Source: Candidatus Hermodarchaeota archaeon (GTDB lineage: Archaea > Asgardarchaeota > Lokiarchaeia > Sigyniarchaeales > SOKP01). From it: 14,503 bases of DNA. The notes under the pieces were generated by a model. It saw only the letters and a program-made list of their open reading frames with translations. It was not told the DNA's origin and did no database searches. Position 1 is the stretch's first letter; each line of letters starts with the position of its first letter. Made by a program: the position numbers and the translations under genes. Of the stretch, positions 1-8,310 are shown piece by piece. The stretch is from contig JBHLLG010000059.1 in the NCBI GenBank assembly GCA_048885925.1, forward strand, positions 1-14,503, in the 5' to 3' direction.

Positions 1-582
1 GAGATTCATCATGATTTAATTCTTTCAGGATATAAACATACTTTATTTTCAACAATCTCAGAAGAATTTGAGAAAAACACGATTATGTGTACCGCTCCAA
101 GTAAAACATTCAATATCGCTGGCTTACAGACTTCAAATATTATTATTCCTGATAAAAAAAAGAGAGACGCTTTTATTAATACTATTGATCATAGAAATGG
201 CGTTGAATTACCAAATTCTTTTGGTGTAGTTGCTTTAATCGCAGCTTACAATGAAGGAGAAGATTGGTTAAGTCAAGTATTGGAATATATTGAGGCTAAT
301 TTTAAATATTTGAAGAAATTTGTAGATGAACATCTGCCTGATATAGATTTTATCGATCCTGAAGGAACTTATCTAGCTTGGTTGGATTTTAGAAAACTTG
401 GAATGAATGATAAAGAACTTCGTGAATTTATGCTTAAGAAAGCAAAAGTAGCTTTAGATGATGGGAGTAATTTTGGTCCGGGCGGAGAAGGATTTGAAAG
501 AATAAATGTAGGATGCCCTAGATCGCTATTAAAAGAATGTATGATGCGGATCGTAAATGCTTTAAATGAAAAATCAACATAA
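1..582 (+). CDS. patB: MalY/PatB family PLP-dependent C-S lyase/aminotransferase (cystathionine beta-lyase-like), 5'-truncated by the window edge
   Basis: Frame 1 is open from base 1 (EIHHDLILSGYKH...). It carries the PLP-lysine motif APSKTFNIAGL, plus PEGTYLAWLDF and FGPGGEGFERINVGCPRS, all typical of MalY/PatB. Confidence 0.9.
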   Translation, partial: EIHHDLILSGYKHTLFSTISEEFEKNTIMCTAPSKTFNIAGLQTSNIIIPDKKKRDAFINTIDHRNGVELPNSFGVVALIAAYNEGEDWLSQVLEYIEANFKYLKKFVDEHLPDIDFIDPEGTYLAWLDFRKLGMNDKELREFMLKKAKVALDDGSNFGPGGEGFERINVGCPRSLLKECMMRIVNALNEKST

Positions 583-607
583 TTCCTTTTAAAAAAGTAT
601 ACTAATA

Positions 608-1126
608 TTAATAGGTAGGTATAATTTGATTCCTTGTTAAATCCTTTTCAATAAAATCTTTAAATTTTTCATTATCTTCATCGATAAACTCTCTAAATTC
701 GCAATAAATTTCTTCAAGGGTCATTATCTTTCGTTTTAAAGGAGCTTTCTGAGATTCTTCTTTTTTCTTTTTGGATTGTTTCGGTCTATATTCAAGATAA
801 TTTTCTTCAAGAATTAAGTTTTCAAAAAGTTCATTATCATTTTGCTTGAGTATAATAGGATTTGAACTTTTATTCTCATTCAATCTATTTTCTAACTCAA
901 AATCTACTCTTTGGTATCCTCTTACTTGAAAATCTTTATCTACAAATGCTTGGAACTGATGTTCACATACTAATCCTTTTGCTATTGACATTGTAGTTAA
1001 TTGTTTTGCCTCTTCAATTACAGAATTGGGAATTTCTAACGATTTCTTAGATTTACAAACTGGACAAATGAATTGAACCATTGAAGAATTGGTATGTACC
1101 TTATTCTTGACTTCTGTAATAGCCAT
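608..1126 (-). CDS. Hypothetical protein with N-terminal putative Zn-binding domain (CPVC...C-E-H) and acidic C-terminal helix
   Basis: 172-aa ORF with ATG preceded by GAAGGTG. Contains FICPVCKSKK...GLVCEHQFQAFVDKDFQVRGYQRVDF. Confidence 0.75.
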   Translation of the reverse strand: MAITEVKNKVHTNSSMVQFICPVCKSKKSLEIPNSVIEEAKQLTTMSIAKGLVCEHQFQAFVDKDFQVRGYQRVDFELENRLNENKSSNPIILKQNDNELFENLILEENYLEYRPKQSKKKKEESQKAPLKRKIMTLEEIYCEFREFIDEDNEKFKDFIEKDLTRNQIIPTY

Positions 1127-1246
1127 TATAACACCTTCTTGAGTTCATCTACAATAATAAATAAAAACCCCATTCATTTCTTAGAGAAAAAACTAAGATT
1201 TAAGAAAGGAGACTTTACCCATTAAGTAATTTATTAATAATCTTAA

Positions 1247-1747
1247 TTAGGCATTATCTGGGTTAAATTTTATATTCATATTAGATTCATCTAATTCAAA
1301 AAAAATCTCCAAATTAGATATTAAATCACTTTCTATTTTAAAAGAATGTGAACCTTTAGTAAATTTACTTAAAGAATTTTTATCTAATTTTATCAAAATA
1401 CTTATACTATCTTTTAAATTAATGGTTCTTCCAGCTAGTTTCCCTCCCAACACATCATCTAAATCAAAAAATTCTCCTTTATGATAAATTATAATACATT
1501 TTTTAATAGAATCCAGATTGAAGTTTTCATCAGAAAAATCTAATGGCTGATCATCTAGTATAAATTTACCGTAATTTGAAATATTGAATTCATTAGGATT
1601 GAAATTCTTAGAACTAAAGTCTCCTATTTCAATTTCTTTAGGAATCACAATTGGCACAAATACATTAATAATTTTTATTTGTAATGAATCTATTTTTCCA
1701 TCACCAGTAGTATCTACAGTAAATATAGTTTCTTTTGGGGGAAACAT
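1247..1747 (-). CDS. Hypothetical protein, beta-rich, with a DxTGDG (Dx[DN]xDG-like) possible Ca-binding loop
   Basis: ORF 1247..1759. The internal ATG at 1747 (MFPPKE) is preferred over the upstream TTG. Motif VDTTGDGKIDS. Confidence 0.65.
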   Translation of the reverse strand: MFPPKETIFTVDTTGDGKIDSLQIKIINVFVPIVIPKEIEIGDFSSKNFNPNEFNISNYGKFILDDQPLDFSDENFNLDSIKKCIIIYHKGEFFDLDDVLGGKLAGRTINLKDSISILIKLDKNSLSKFTKGSHSFKIESDLISNLEIFFELDESNMNIKFNPDNA

Positions 1748-1837
1748 CCTTTTAATCAATACTTTAAAAGCAGATAAATCATATGGGATAAGCAGGCACC
1801 CTTCTAACTTTTTATATATTAAATATAAATCTCTATA

Positions 1838-2863
1838 TTAATATATTTCCACTTCAGAAATCTTTACAGGACGATTTTCTTCATATGATTTCTTCGCAGC
1901 TAATGCTACTAGGATATTTTGAAGTCCATCCTCTCCATTTGGTTTGGGGTCTTCATTTTTGCGTAAGCAATCAAAGAAATTTTTCAATTCAGTAGAATAA
2001 GATTCCATATAGCGTTCCATGAAAAAGTAAGGAATTTTATCAATATTAGTACATTCGGCAGTATAAATACGTACTGTATTAGTAGCCTCATTATCAGCTA
2101 CAACACATCCTTTAGAACCAAATACTTCAACACGTTGATCATATCCATATACAGCTTGACGAGTGTTGTCAATTATACCTATAGCACCATTTTCAAATTT
2201 TAAAACTGCGACAGCAGTATCTATATCTCCTGCTTTTCCAATCTCAGGGTCAATAAGAACTGCTCCAGTTGCATATACCTCTTCCACCTCGCTGTCAGCT
2301 TGGAATCTTGCCATATCCCAATCGTGAATTGTCATATCTAAGAAAATTCCTCCTGAAACCTTTATATAGTCTATTGGAGGGGGAGCGGGATCTCGAGATG
2401 TAATTTTAACTATTTGAGGTTCACCAATCTGACCAGAAGCAACTGATTCATAACATCTCATAAAATTACGATCAAAACGTCGATTAAAACCTATCATGAG
2501 TTTAACTCCGGTTTCTTTAACAACTGAAAGCGTCTCCTTTATCCTTTTTACATTGGTATCAATTGGTTTCTCACAAAAGATTTGTTTTTTTGCCTTGGCA
2601 GCTTCCTTAATAAACTCTGCATGAGTATCTGTAGAAGAACAAATAACCACTACATCTATTTTAGGATCATCAAAGATTTCATTTGGGTTCGTAGTAAGCT
2701 TAAATTCACCCATTTCACCTGCCCATTGTTTTAATTCATTATCTATTTTAATATCAGCTACAACTTTTACATTAACATCTGATATTTTACGTAATAGGTT
2801 TTCAATATGTATTTTTCCAATTCTACCAGCCCCAATTACTCCAACGGTAAACCTTTTGACCAT
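1838..2863 (-). CDS. iolG: myo-inositol 2-dehydrogenase (Gfo/Idh/MocA family)
   Basis: GVIGAGRIG Rossmann motif, CEKP, GFNRRFD, ITSRDP, GGIFLDMTIHDWD, R.AVYGYDQRVEVFGSKG and YFFMERY are all characteristic of IolG. The ATG is preceded by GTGATG. Confidence 0.93.
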   Translation of the reverse strand: MVKRFTVGVIGAGRIGKIHIENLLRKISDVNVKVVADIKIDNELKQWAGEMGEFKLTTNPNEIFDDPKIDVVVICSSTDTHAEFIKEAAKAKKQIFCEKPIDTNVKRIKETLSVVKETGVKLMIGFNRRFDRNFMRCYESVASGQIGEPQIVKITSRDPAPPPIDYIKVSGGIFLDMTIHDWDMARFQADSEVEEVYATGAVLIDPEIGKAGDIDTAVAVLKFENGAIGIIDNTRQAVYGYDQRVEVFGSKGCVVADNEATNTVRIYTAECTNIDKIPYFFMERYMESYSTELKNFFDCLRKNEDPKPNGEDGLQNILVALAAKKSYEENRPVKISEVEIY

Positions 2864-3023
2864 AATACATCACTTAAAAACTTCAAGTATTTAATTTCAG
2901 GTTATTACAATACATTTCTAAATTTCAAATTTCTGAAATAAAATAATAGATTTATATTTATTTAAATCTAAATTGATTTATTTAATTAAAAATTTATTAT
3001 CAAACATTAAAAGTGTTAGCTCA

Positions 3024-4451
3024 ATGACTGAAAAATCGTTTTTGGAGGAAACTAAAAAAATACCATTAAAAATGAAAATTCTTTTTGCATTAGGTGAAGT
3101 AGGAGACAATACTGCAATGCAAACATTTTCGTTTCTTATTTTTACTTTTTATTTTGCAATTGTGGGATTACCAGCTTTATGGATTGCTATGGGTTTTATT
3201 CTGTGGAGTTTGTGGAATAGTATAAATGATCCATTGATAGGATATCTTTCGGACCGAACAAAAAGTAGATGGGGGCGCAGAATACCCTGGATGGCGGGTG
3301 CTACGATACCATTAGCAGTTATAATGATATTACTTTTTACACCTCCAATTGATCTTGACTCTTCATTAATCAATTTTCTATATTTCTTTGTGATCCTTTT
3401 ACTATTCGATACCACTTATACAGCATTTAATCTTAATTATAATGCTGTCTTTTCAGAAATGTACGTACCTATGAAAGCTCGAAGTTCAGTAGGAAAAATA
3501 AGGATAAGTTTTGTAATGCTTGCATTAATTTTTGCGTTTCTTCTTCCTACACTCATAATTGAAAATATTTTAGGTGTAGATCCAGATACTTTATTGCCAG
3601 ATCCAAATACACTAGGGCAATATCAATTAACTGGAATTATCGCTGCAGTTATTATTATTGTATCATATTTTATTCTCTTGAAATGGGGCATAAAAGAACC
3701 AAAACACATTTCAAAAGATGCTGAAACTGCCTTATCCTTTACTAAAACTATCAAATACACCTTTAAGAATAAATCTTTCCAATGGTTTTTAATACCTGCG
3801 TTAGGTACATGGATTGTTATTAATATATTACCGACATTAGCACCACTTTTTATGACACATGCTCTTGAAATAGAAGATGCTGAATTAATTGGTATCCTTC
3901 TCGCACTACAATTCCTAATAGCTGCACTTTCTACGCCATTATGGGAAAAAATCCGAACTATGAAAGGAGCTAGAGCTGCTGGATTAATAGGAATTTTAGC
4001 ATGGATCTTTCCAGTTATATTTTTTGCTTTTTCGTCTAGTATTGAGATGGCTTTTATTGTGCAAATATTTAATGGCATTGGATTAGGTGGTGGGCTTTAT
4101 TTTTATGATCAATGTATTGCAGAAATTATTGATGAGGATGAAATTATACATGGTACAAGACGATCGGGTATATATTACGCAGTTCTTAATTTTCTAATAA
4201 GGATATCAGCCATTATTAATTTTTTCATAATTGGTATTGTGTTTACTACAACAGATTGGTATACCTACACACCAAATCCAGGAGTAAACACAATCTTAGG
4301 GCTCCAAATTTTAATGGGTGTTTACCCGGCCATAGTTTTAGTGATTTCGTTGATTGGAATGTATTTCTATCCGATAAAAGGAGAAAAATTAATAGAAAAC
4401 AGAAAAAAGTTGACAGATTTGCACGATCAAAAGCAAAAAATGCTTAAATAA
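3024..4451 (+). CDS. GPH (MelB-like, MFS_2) sugar:cation symporter, candidate inositol transporter
   Basis: About 12 hydrophobic segments, WNSINDPLIGYLSDRTKSRWGRRIPW and AEIIDEDEIIHGTRRSGIYY (GPH motifs). ATG 3024 is preferred over TTG 2973. The substrate is inferred from context only. Confidence 0.88.
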   Translation: MTEKSFLEETKKIPLKMKILFALGEVGDNTAMQTFSFLIFTFYFAIVGLPALWIAMGFILWSLWNSINDPLIGYLSDRTKSRWGRRIPWMAGATIPLAVIMILLFTPPIDLDSSLINFLYFFVILLLFDTTYTAFNLNYNAVFSEMYVPMKARSSVGKIRISFVMLALIFAFLLPTLIIENILGVDPDTLLPDPNTLGQYQLTGIIAAVIIIVSYFILLKWGIKEPKHISKDAETALSFTKTIKYTFKNKSFQWFLIPALGTWIVINILPTLAPLFMTHALEIEDAELIGILLALQFLIAALSTPLWEKIRTMKGARAAGLIGILAWIFPVIFFAFSSSIEMAFIVQIFNGIGLGGGLYFYDQCIAEIIDEDEIIHGTRRSGIYYAVLNFLIRISAIINFFIIGIVFTTTDWYTYTPNPGVNTILGLQILMGVYPAIVLVISLIGMYFYPIKGEKLIENRKKLTDLHDQKQKMLK

Positions 4452-4567
4452 AATTAATTAAAAACTTTTTTTCCTAATTTATATAATTCATTAGATTTCT
4501 CTTGTTTAGTAAAATTTTATATTCAAAATAGACTAATTTAAGTAGAAAAATAAAAAGGTTCCATAAT

Positions 4568-5746
4568 ATGAAAGCTGTAGAATTATCTGCAAAATGGGAT
4601 CCAAAACCAGATTTTAAACTTAAAACAAAAGATATAGAAGGTAAATTGACTTATTTAGGTTCTCAAGTGTGGCGTAATCCGATTGTTAAGGTAATAGAAA
4701 AAGATAAGCCTCAAATTAAACCAAATGAAGTATTGGTAAAAGTAAAAAGATGCGGAATTTGTGGTTCGGATGTTCACATGGCCCAAACATATGAAGATGG
4801 TTACATCTATTACCCTGGTTTAACTGCTTTTCCTGTCACACTTGGTCATGAATTTGCAGGGGAAATTGTAGGTGTTGGAGAAAAAGCAATTAATAAGAGA
4901 ACTGGAAAACTATATGAGTTGGGAGAACCAGTTACAGTAGAAGAAATGGTTTGGTGTGGTGAATGCAAGCCTTGCTGTGATGGATTTCCAAACCATTGTG
5001 AAAGATTACAAGAAATAGGTTTTTCTATTGATGGAGCATATGCTGAGTTTATCGCAGTTCCAGCAAAATTATGTTGGAGTTTAAAGAAATTAGAAAATAA
5101 ATATAAAGATGTCTTTAAAATTGGTAGTTTAGTAGAACCAACTTCAGTAGCCTATAATGCTGTTATAGAAAGAGGTGGTGGGATTCGACCTGGCGAAAAT
5201 GTTGTTATATTAGGTGGAGGTCCCATTGGTTTAGCAGCAACGAAAATTTTAAAAACTGCTGGAGCTGCAGTATGTATTGTTTCAGAACCCGAAGAAAGCC
5301 GAGCTTCATTAGCTAAAAAAATGGGTGCTGACTATATAGTTAATCCTCTCAGTGAAAATTTTGTTGAAAAAATAAAAGAATACACTGATAATGAAGGAGC
5401 TGCAATATATCTTGAAGCAACAGGATTACCACATATCGTCACAGATGATATACAATATGCTATATGGGAATGTAAAGCTGTAAATAGTACTGTTATTATC
5501 GTAGCAAGAGCAGAACAAAAAATGCCTGTGTGTGGAGAATTTTTTCAGGTTAAACGCGCTCGTATAGTTGGAGCTCAAGGTCATTCGGGTCATGGCAACT
5601 TTCCAAATGTTATCAGTTGTATGGCAGCGGGAATGGATTTAACTCATATGATCACTAAAGAAATATCTCTTGATGAAGTTCCAGAAAATCTTAAATTATT
5701 ACAGACAGATAAAGAGCATTGTAAAATCTCTGTTAAAATAAATTAA
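4568..5746 (+). CDS. iolM: scyllo-inosose 3-dehydrogenase (Zn-dependent MDR alcohol dehydrogenase family)
   Basis: Catalytic Zn motifs CGICGSD and GHE, structural Zn motif CGECKPCCDGFPNHC, and GGGPIG. The N-terminal extension W.PKPDF...KDIEGKLTYLGSQVWRNP and GAQGHSGHGNFP resemble Thermotoga IolM, and the gene sits in an iol context. Confidence 0.88.
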   Translation: MKAVELSAKWDPKPDFKLKTKDIEGKLTYLGSQVWRNPIVKVIEKDKPQIKPNEVLVKVKRCGICGSDVHMAQTYEDGYIYYPGLTAFPVTLGHEFAGEIVGVGEKAINKRTGKLYELGEPVTVEEMVWCGECKPCCDGFPNHCERLQEIGFSIDGAYAEFIAVPAKLCWSLKKLENKYKDVFKIGSLVEPTSVAYNAVIERGGGIRPGENVVILGGGPIGLAATKILKTAGAAVCIVSEPEESRASLAKKMGADYIVNPLSENFVEKIKEYTDNEGAAIYLEATGLPHIVTDDIQYAIWECKAVNSTVIIVARAEQKMPVCGEFFQVKRARIVGAQGHSGHGNFPNVISCMAAGMDLTHMITKEISLDEVPENLKLLQTDKEHCKISVKIN

Positions 5747-5848
5747 AAAGGAATAGTTGAAATTCTTCTATTTCATCAAAACTTTTTTATATCATTCTCA
5801 TCTATTTTTGTTAATCAAATAAAATAATATAATAGGAGATCTAATATA

Positions 5849-6508
5849 ATGAATGAAAATTCAGATTACAAACCCCTTGAAGAGGAAGAAGATATTAAAA
5901 TGGAAGAAGAAGGAAAGAAAGTTGAAAAAACTTTGGAGGCGCAAAAAAAGCTGGATGAATTAACTTTAAAAAAGAAACAATCATTCCACTTATTACAATC
6001 CAAAGATTCACCTACAATTGACTCAAGTTGGGGTACTTTTAAAATTCGACCTTCAAGTTCTCTGGAGATAGACGAGAATGAACCCTTTTACAGAACTCCA
6101 TTAGCAAATATCATTGAAAGTGAAGAAATATATTATCTTTTTATAGAATTACCTGGTTTGGATAAAAAAAATGTTAAAATTAGTTTACAGGAAGGAATTT
6201 TAGAAATATTAGGTGAAAAATCATTAGAACATAAAGAAAAAAAAGAAGAAAAGAAAGACAAAGAAAAGAAGGAAAAAGATAAAAAAGATAAGGATAAAAA
6301 AGATAAGAAAAAGGATAAGGAAAAAGAAATAAAAGGCAAATACTTAAGAAGAGAATATCGATCAGCAAACTTTTATCGTAGTTTTTATCTGTCTGAAGAG
6401 ATTGATACTGAAAATATTGATGCAAGTTTTAAAAATGGAATTCTCCAGCTTAAGATACCTAAAAAAACTATAGATACGTCTGAAAAGCATGTTATAGAAA
6501 TAAAGTAA
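5849..6508 (+). CDS. Small heat shock protein (Hsp20/alpha-crystallin) with long K/E/D insertion
   Basis: IELPGLDKKNVKISL, FYRSFYLSEEIDTENIDASFKNGILQLKIPK and a C-terminal IEI motif. AGGAG RBS upstream. Confidence 0.9.
   Translation: MNENSDYKPLEEEEDIKMEEEGKKVEKTLEAQKKLDELTLKKKQSFHLLQSKDSPTIDSSWGTFKIRPSSSLEIDENEPFYRTPLANIIESEEIYYLFIELPGLDKKNVKISLQEGILEILGEKSLEHKEKKEEKKDKEKKEKDKKDKDKKDKKKDKEKEIKGKYLRREYRSANFYRSFYLSEEIDTENIDASFKNGILQLKIPKKTIDTSEKHVIEIK
6233..6328 (+). repeat. Low-complexity purine-rich coding repeat (AAAGATAAG-like units) encoding 32 consecutive K/E/D residues
   Basis: Encodes KEKKEEKKDKEKKEKDKKDKDKKDKKKDKEKE. Confidence 0.8.
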
Positions 6509-6550
6509 ATAGAAATAATATCTATCTACTTAATTTTTTCACATTTTTTT
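6503..6550 (+). terminator. Possible terminator of the first hsp20 (imperfect hairpin plus T tracts)
   Basis: AAGTA-A-ATAGA N7 TCTAT-C-TACTT (6503-6531) followed by TTTTTTC and a further T run. Confidence 0.4.
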
Positions 6551-6574
6551 ATATGTGATCAAATTAATTTTAAA

Positions 6575-6589
6575 CGAAAGATTTATAAA
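6575..6589 (+). promoter_or_regulatory. Archaeal BRE plus TATA box of the second hsp20
   Basis: Purine-rich CGAAAGA directly followed by TTTATAAA (6582-6589), about 105 nt before ATG 6695. Confidence 0.6.
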
Positions 6590-6615
6590 GACATTTTTAT
6601 TAATGTAACTTAGAA

Positions 6616-6636
6616 TTGTCAACAATGGGTTGACAA
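6616..6636. promoter_or_regulatory. Perfect 8-bp inverted repeat TTGTCAAC-N5-GTTGACAA (operator or 5'-UTR hairpin)
   Basis: Read directly from the sequence. It lies about 27 nt downstream of the TATA box, at or just after the expected TSS. Confidence 0.6.
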
Positions 6637-6694
6637 ACCAATATTACAAATTCCAAAAAAATATCAATAAAATAATAGAAAAGAGGTGTATTTT

Positions 6695-7246
6695 ATGTCT
6701 GAAGATAAAAAGATTGATGTTAAAAAGGGAAAAGAAACAAAAAAAGAATCAAATGAAAAAAAGTCTCGTGAACTTGCCATAAGAAGAGAGAGCCCCTTTT
6801 CATTATTTCAAGAAATGGATAGGATGTTTGACAATTTATGGAGAAATTTTGATGAGACTTTCTGGCCATTTAGACGTAGAAGATATGAACCAGTAAAATG
6901 GGAAGAAGTCCCATTCTATAGAACACCATTATCAAATATTACAGAAGATGAGAAGAGTTATAATATATCTGCTGAATTACCAGGTTTAAACAAAGGGGAC
7001 ATTGAAATAACATTTCATGATGGCATGTTAGAAATTAAAGGAGAGCAAAAGAAAGAAGTTAAAGAAGAGAAAGAGGGTTTTGTTAGAAGAGAATTTAGTT
7101 CTGCCAGCTACTATAGAGCTTTTAACTTACCAGAGAATATTAATGAGGACAACATTGATGCTAATTTAGATAAGGGAATTTTAAGGGTGAGGATCGCTAA
7201 AAAAGAACCAGAGAAGAAAGAAAAGAAAAAAATTGAAGTTAAATAA
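6695..7246 (+). CDS. Small heat shock protein (Hsp20/alpha-crystallin)
   Basis: PFSLFQEMDRMFD, SAELPGLNKGDIEI, YYRAFNLPENINEDNIDANLDKGILRVRI and a C-terminal IEV motif. ATG 6695 is preceded by the RBS GAGGTG, which includes the GTG at 6686. Confidence 0.95.
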   Translation: MSEDKKIDVKKGKETKKESNEKKSRELAIRRESPFSLFQEMDRMFDNLWRNFDETFWPFRRRRYEPVKWEEVPFYRTPLSNITEDEKSYNISAELPGLNKGDIEITFHDGMLEIKGEQKKEVKEEKEGFVRREFSSASYYRAFNLPENINEDNIDANLDKGILRVRIAKKEPEKKEKKKIEVK

Positions 7247-7352
7247 AGATTCGAGAGATACCCATAAATTAAAAATCTAATTTTTTCTTTTAACTATTTT
7301 TAACTTCTTCTTGTTTTTATTAAAGTATAATAATAAAGAGTATTTGATAATT

Positions 7353-8165
7353 TCATAGAATAGTTCTTAAATATTCAGAAGATTGTCTTGCTACCTCCTC
7401 AAATGAGGGTTTCATAATTGTTTCAATTGATGCAAAACTATTATACCCCGCTTTTTTAAAGATTTTTAAAAATGTTCTAAAATCAAAATGACCTGAACCA
7501 GGAGCTCTACGTGTACAATCAGCTAAATGAATATGAGATACATAATGAGTTATTTCTTCTAAATAATCCCAGATGTAACCAGGATCTTCTTCTAAATAAA
7601 TATGGTAAGAATCAACTAGTAATTTTAAGTTCTCAGAATTTATTTCATCAATCAATTCAATTGATTCTGATATAGTATTATAAGAATCTATTTCAAATCT
7701 ATTAATTGGTTCAAATAATAATGTAATTCCATTATTTTCTGCTACACGGCAACATTCCTTTAAGGAAAGCATAATGTTCTTTTTTTCTTTTTTAGTATTG
7801 CTTTCAATATTGTAACGCCCACGAATTAATCCAATTATTACTTTTGACTCAGTTTCTATGGCAAGGTCTATATATTTCTCAATTTTTTCAATTGCTTTTG
7901 CCCTTATTTGCTCATTTTGATGTCCTAATGAATAGCCATAACGTAAATATGTACTTCCCGTGCCAAGTGCAGGTATTTCAAGATTGTATGAATTTTTTAA
8001 ATCGTTAATCTTTTTACTGTCAATTTTTTCAGGTTCGAGAAGAGAAAGTTCAATTCCGTCATAGTTTAAAGGCTTAAGAAGTATACACAACCTTGAGAAA
8101 TTCTTTATAACCTCATCTTGAGTACTATTTATTTCATTTAATCCAGAAACAATGCTTAGTTTCAA
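7353..8165 (-). CDS. iolO: 5-keto-L-gluconate epimerase (xylose-isomerase-like TIM barrel, AP_endonuc_2 family)
   Basis: YDGIEL, ALGTG, VIIGLIRG, FEPINRFE, VDSYH, HIHLAD..RRAPGSGHFDF and SIE metal ligands. Start re-called at TTG 8165 (MKLSIV, 270 aa) with GAGGA upstream. Iol context supports the call. Confidence 0.82.
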   Translation of the reverse strand: MKLSIVSGLNEINSTQDEVIKNFSRLCILLKPLNYDGIELSLLEPEKIDSKKINDLKNSYNLEIPALGTGSTYLRYGYSLGHQNEQIRAKAIEKIEKYIDLAIETESKVIIGLIRGRYNIESNTKKEKKNIMLSLKECCRVAENNGITLLFEPINRFEIDSYNTISESIELIDEINSENLKLLVDSYHIYLEEDPGYIWDYLEEITHYVSHIHLADCTRRAPGSGHFDFRTFLKIFKKAGYNSFASIETIMKPSFEEVARQSSEYLRTIL

Positions 8166-8310
8166 GCTTTTTTCCTCAATTATTCTTGGATGATAAGGAT
8201 AAAACTTTATTAATATAATTATATTAAGCAATCATTCTTTAAAATTGTAAAAAAAGATTGATTATTTTTTTTATAATTATATTTAACACAATAAATAAAA
8301 GATACTAAAA

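Noticed and set aside
1584-1841. 85-aa plus-strand ORF
   Set aside because: Mostly antisense to the 1247..1747 gene and has no motifs.
3149-4078. Minus-strand ORFs 3149..3415 and 3623..4078
   Set aside because: Antisense shadows of the well-supported transporter.
4256-4447. 63-aa alternative-frame ORF
   Set aside because: Nested in the transporter, which is intact in its own frame.
5750-5775. GAA/TTC-containing stretch upstream of the first hsp20 as a eukaryote-like heat shock element
   Set aside because: The spacing does not fit nGAAnnTTCn arrays. At most it is a weak hairpin after iolM.
6233-6328. Repeat region considered as a CRISPR array or mobile repeat
   Set aside because: It has no repeat-spacer structure and is in-frame coding low complexity.
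6133-6425. Two hydrophobic F/L/S-rich minus-strand ORFs that look like membrane peptides
   Set aside because: They are simply the reverse complement of the A-rich K/E/D tract in hsp20.
8166-8231. 22-aa N-terminal extension of IolO in the ORF track
   Set aside because: It overlaps the AT-rich promoter spacer. TTG 8165 has an RBS and gives a family-typical MKLS start.
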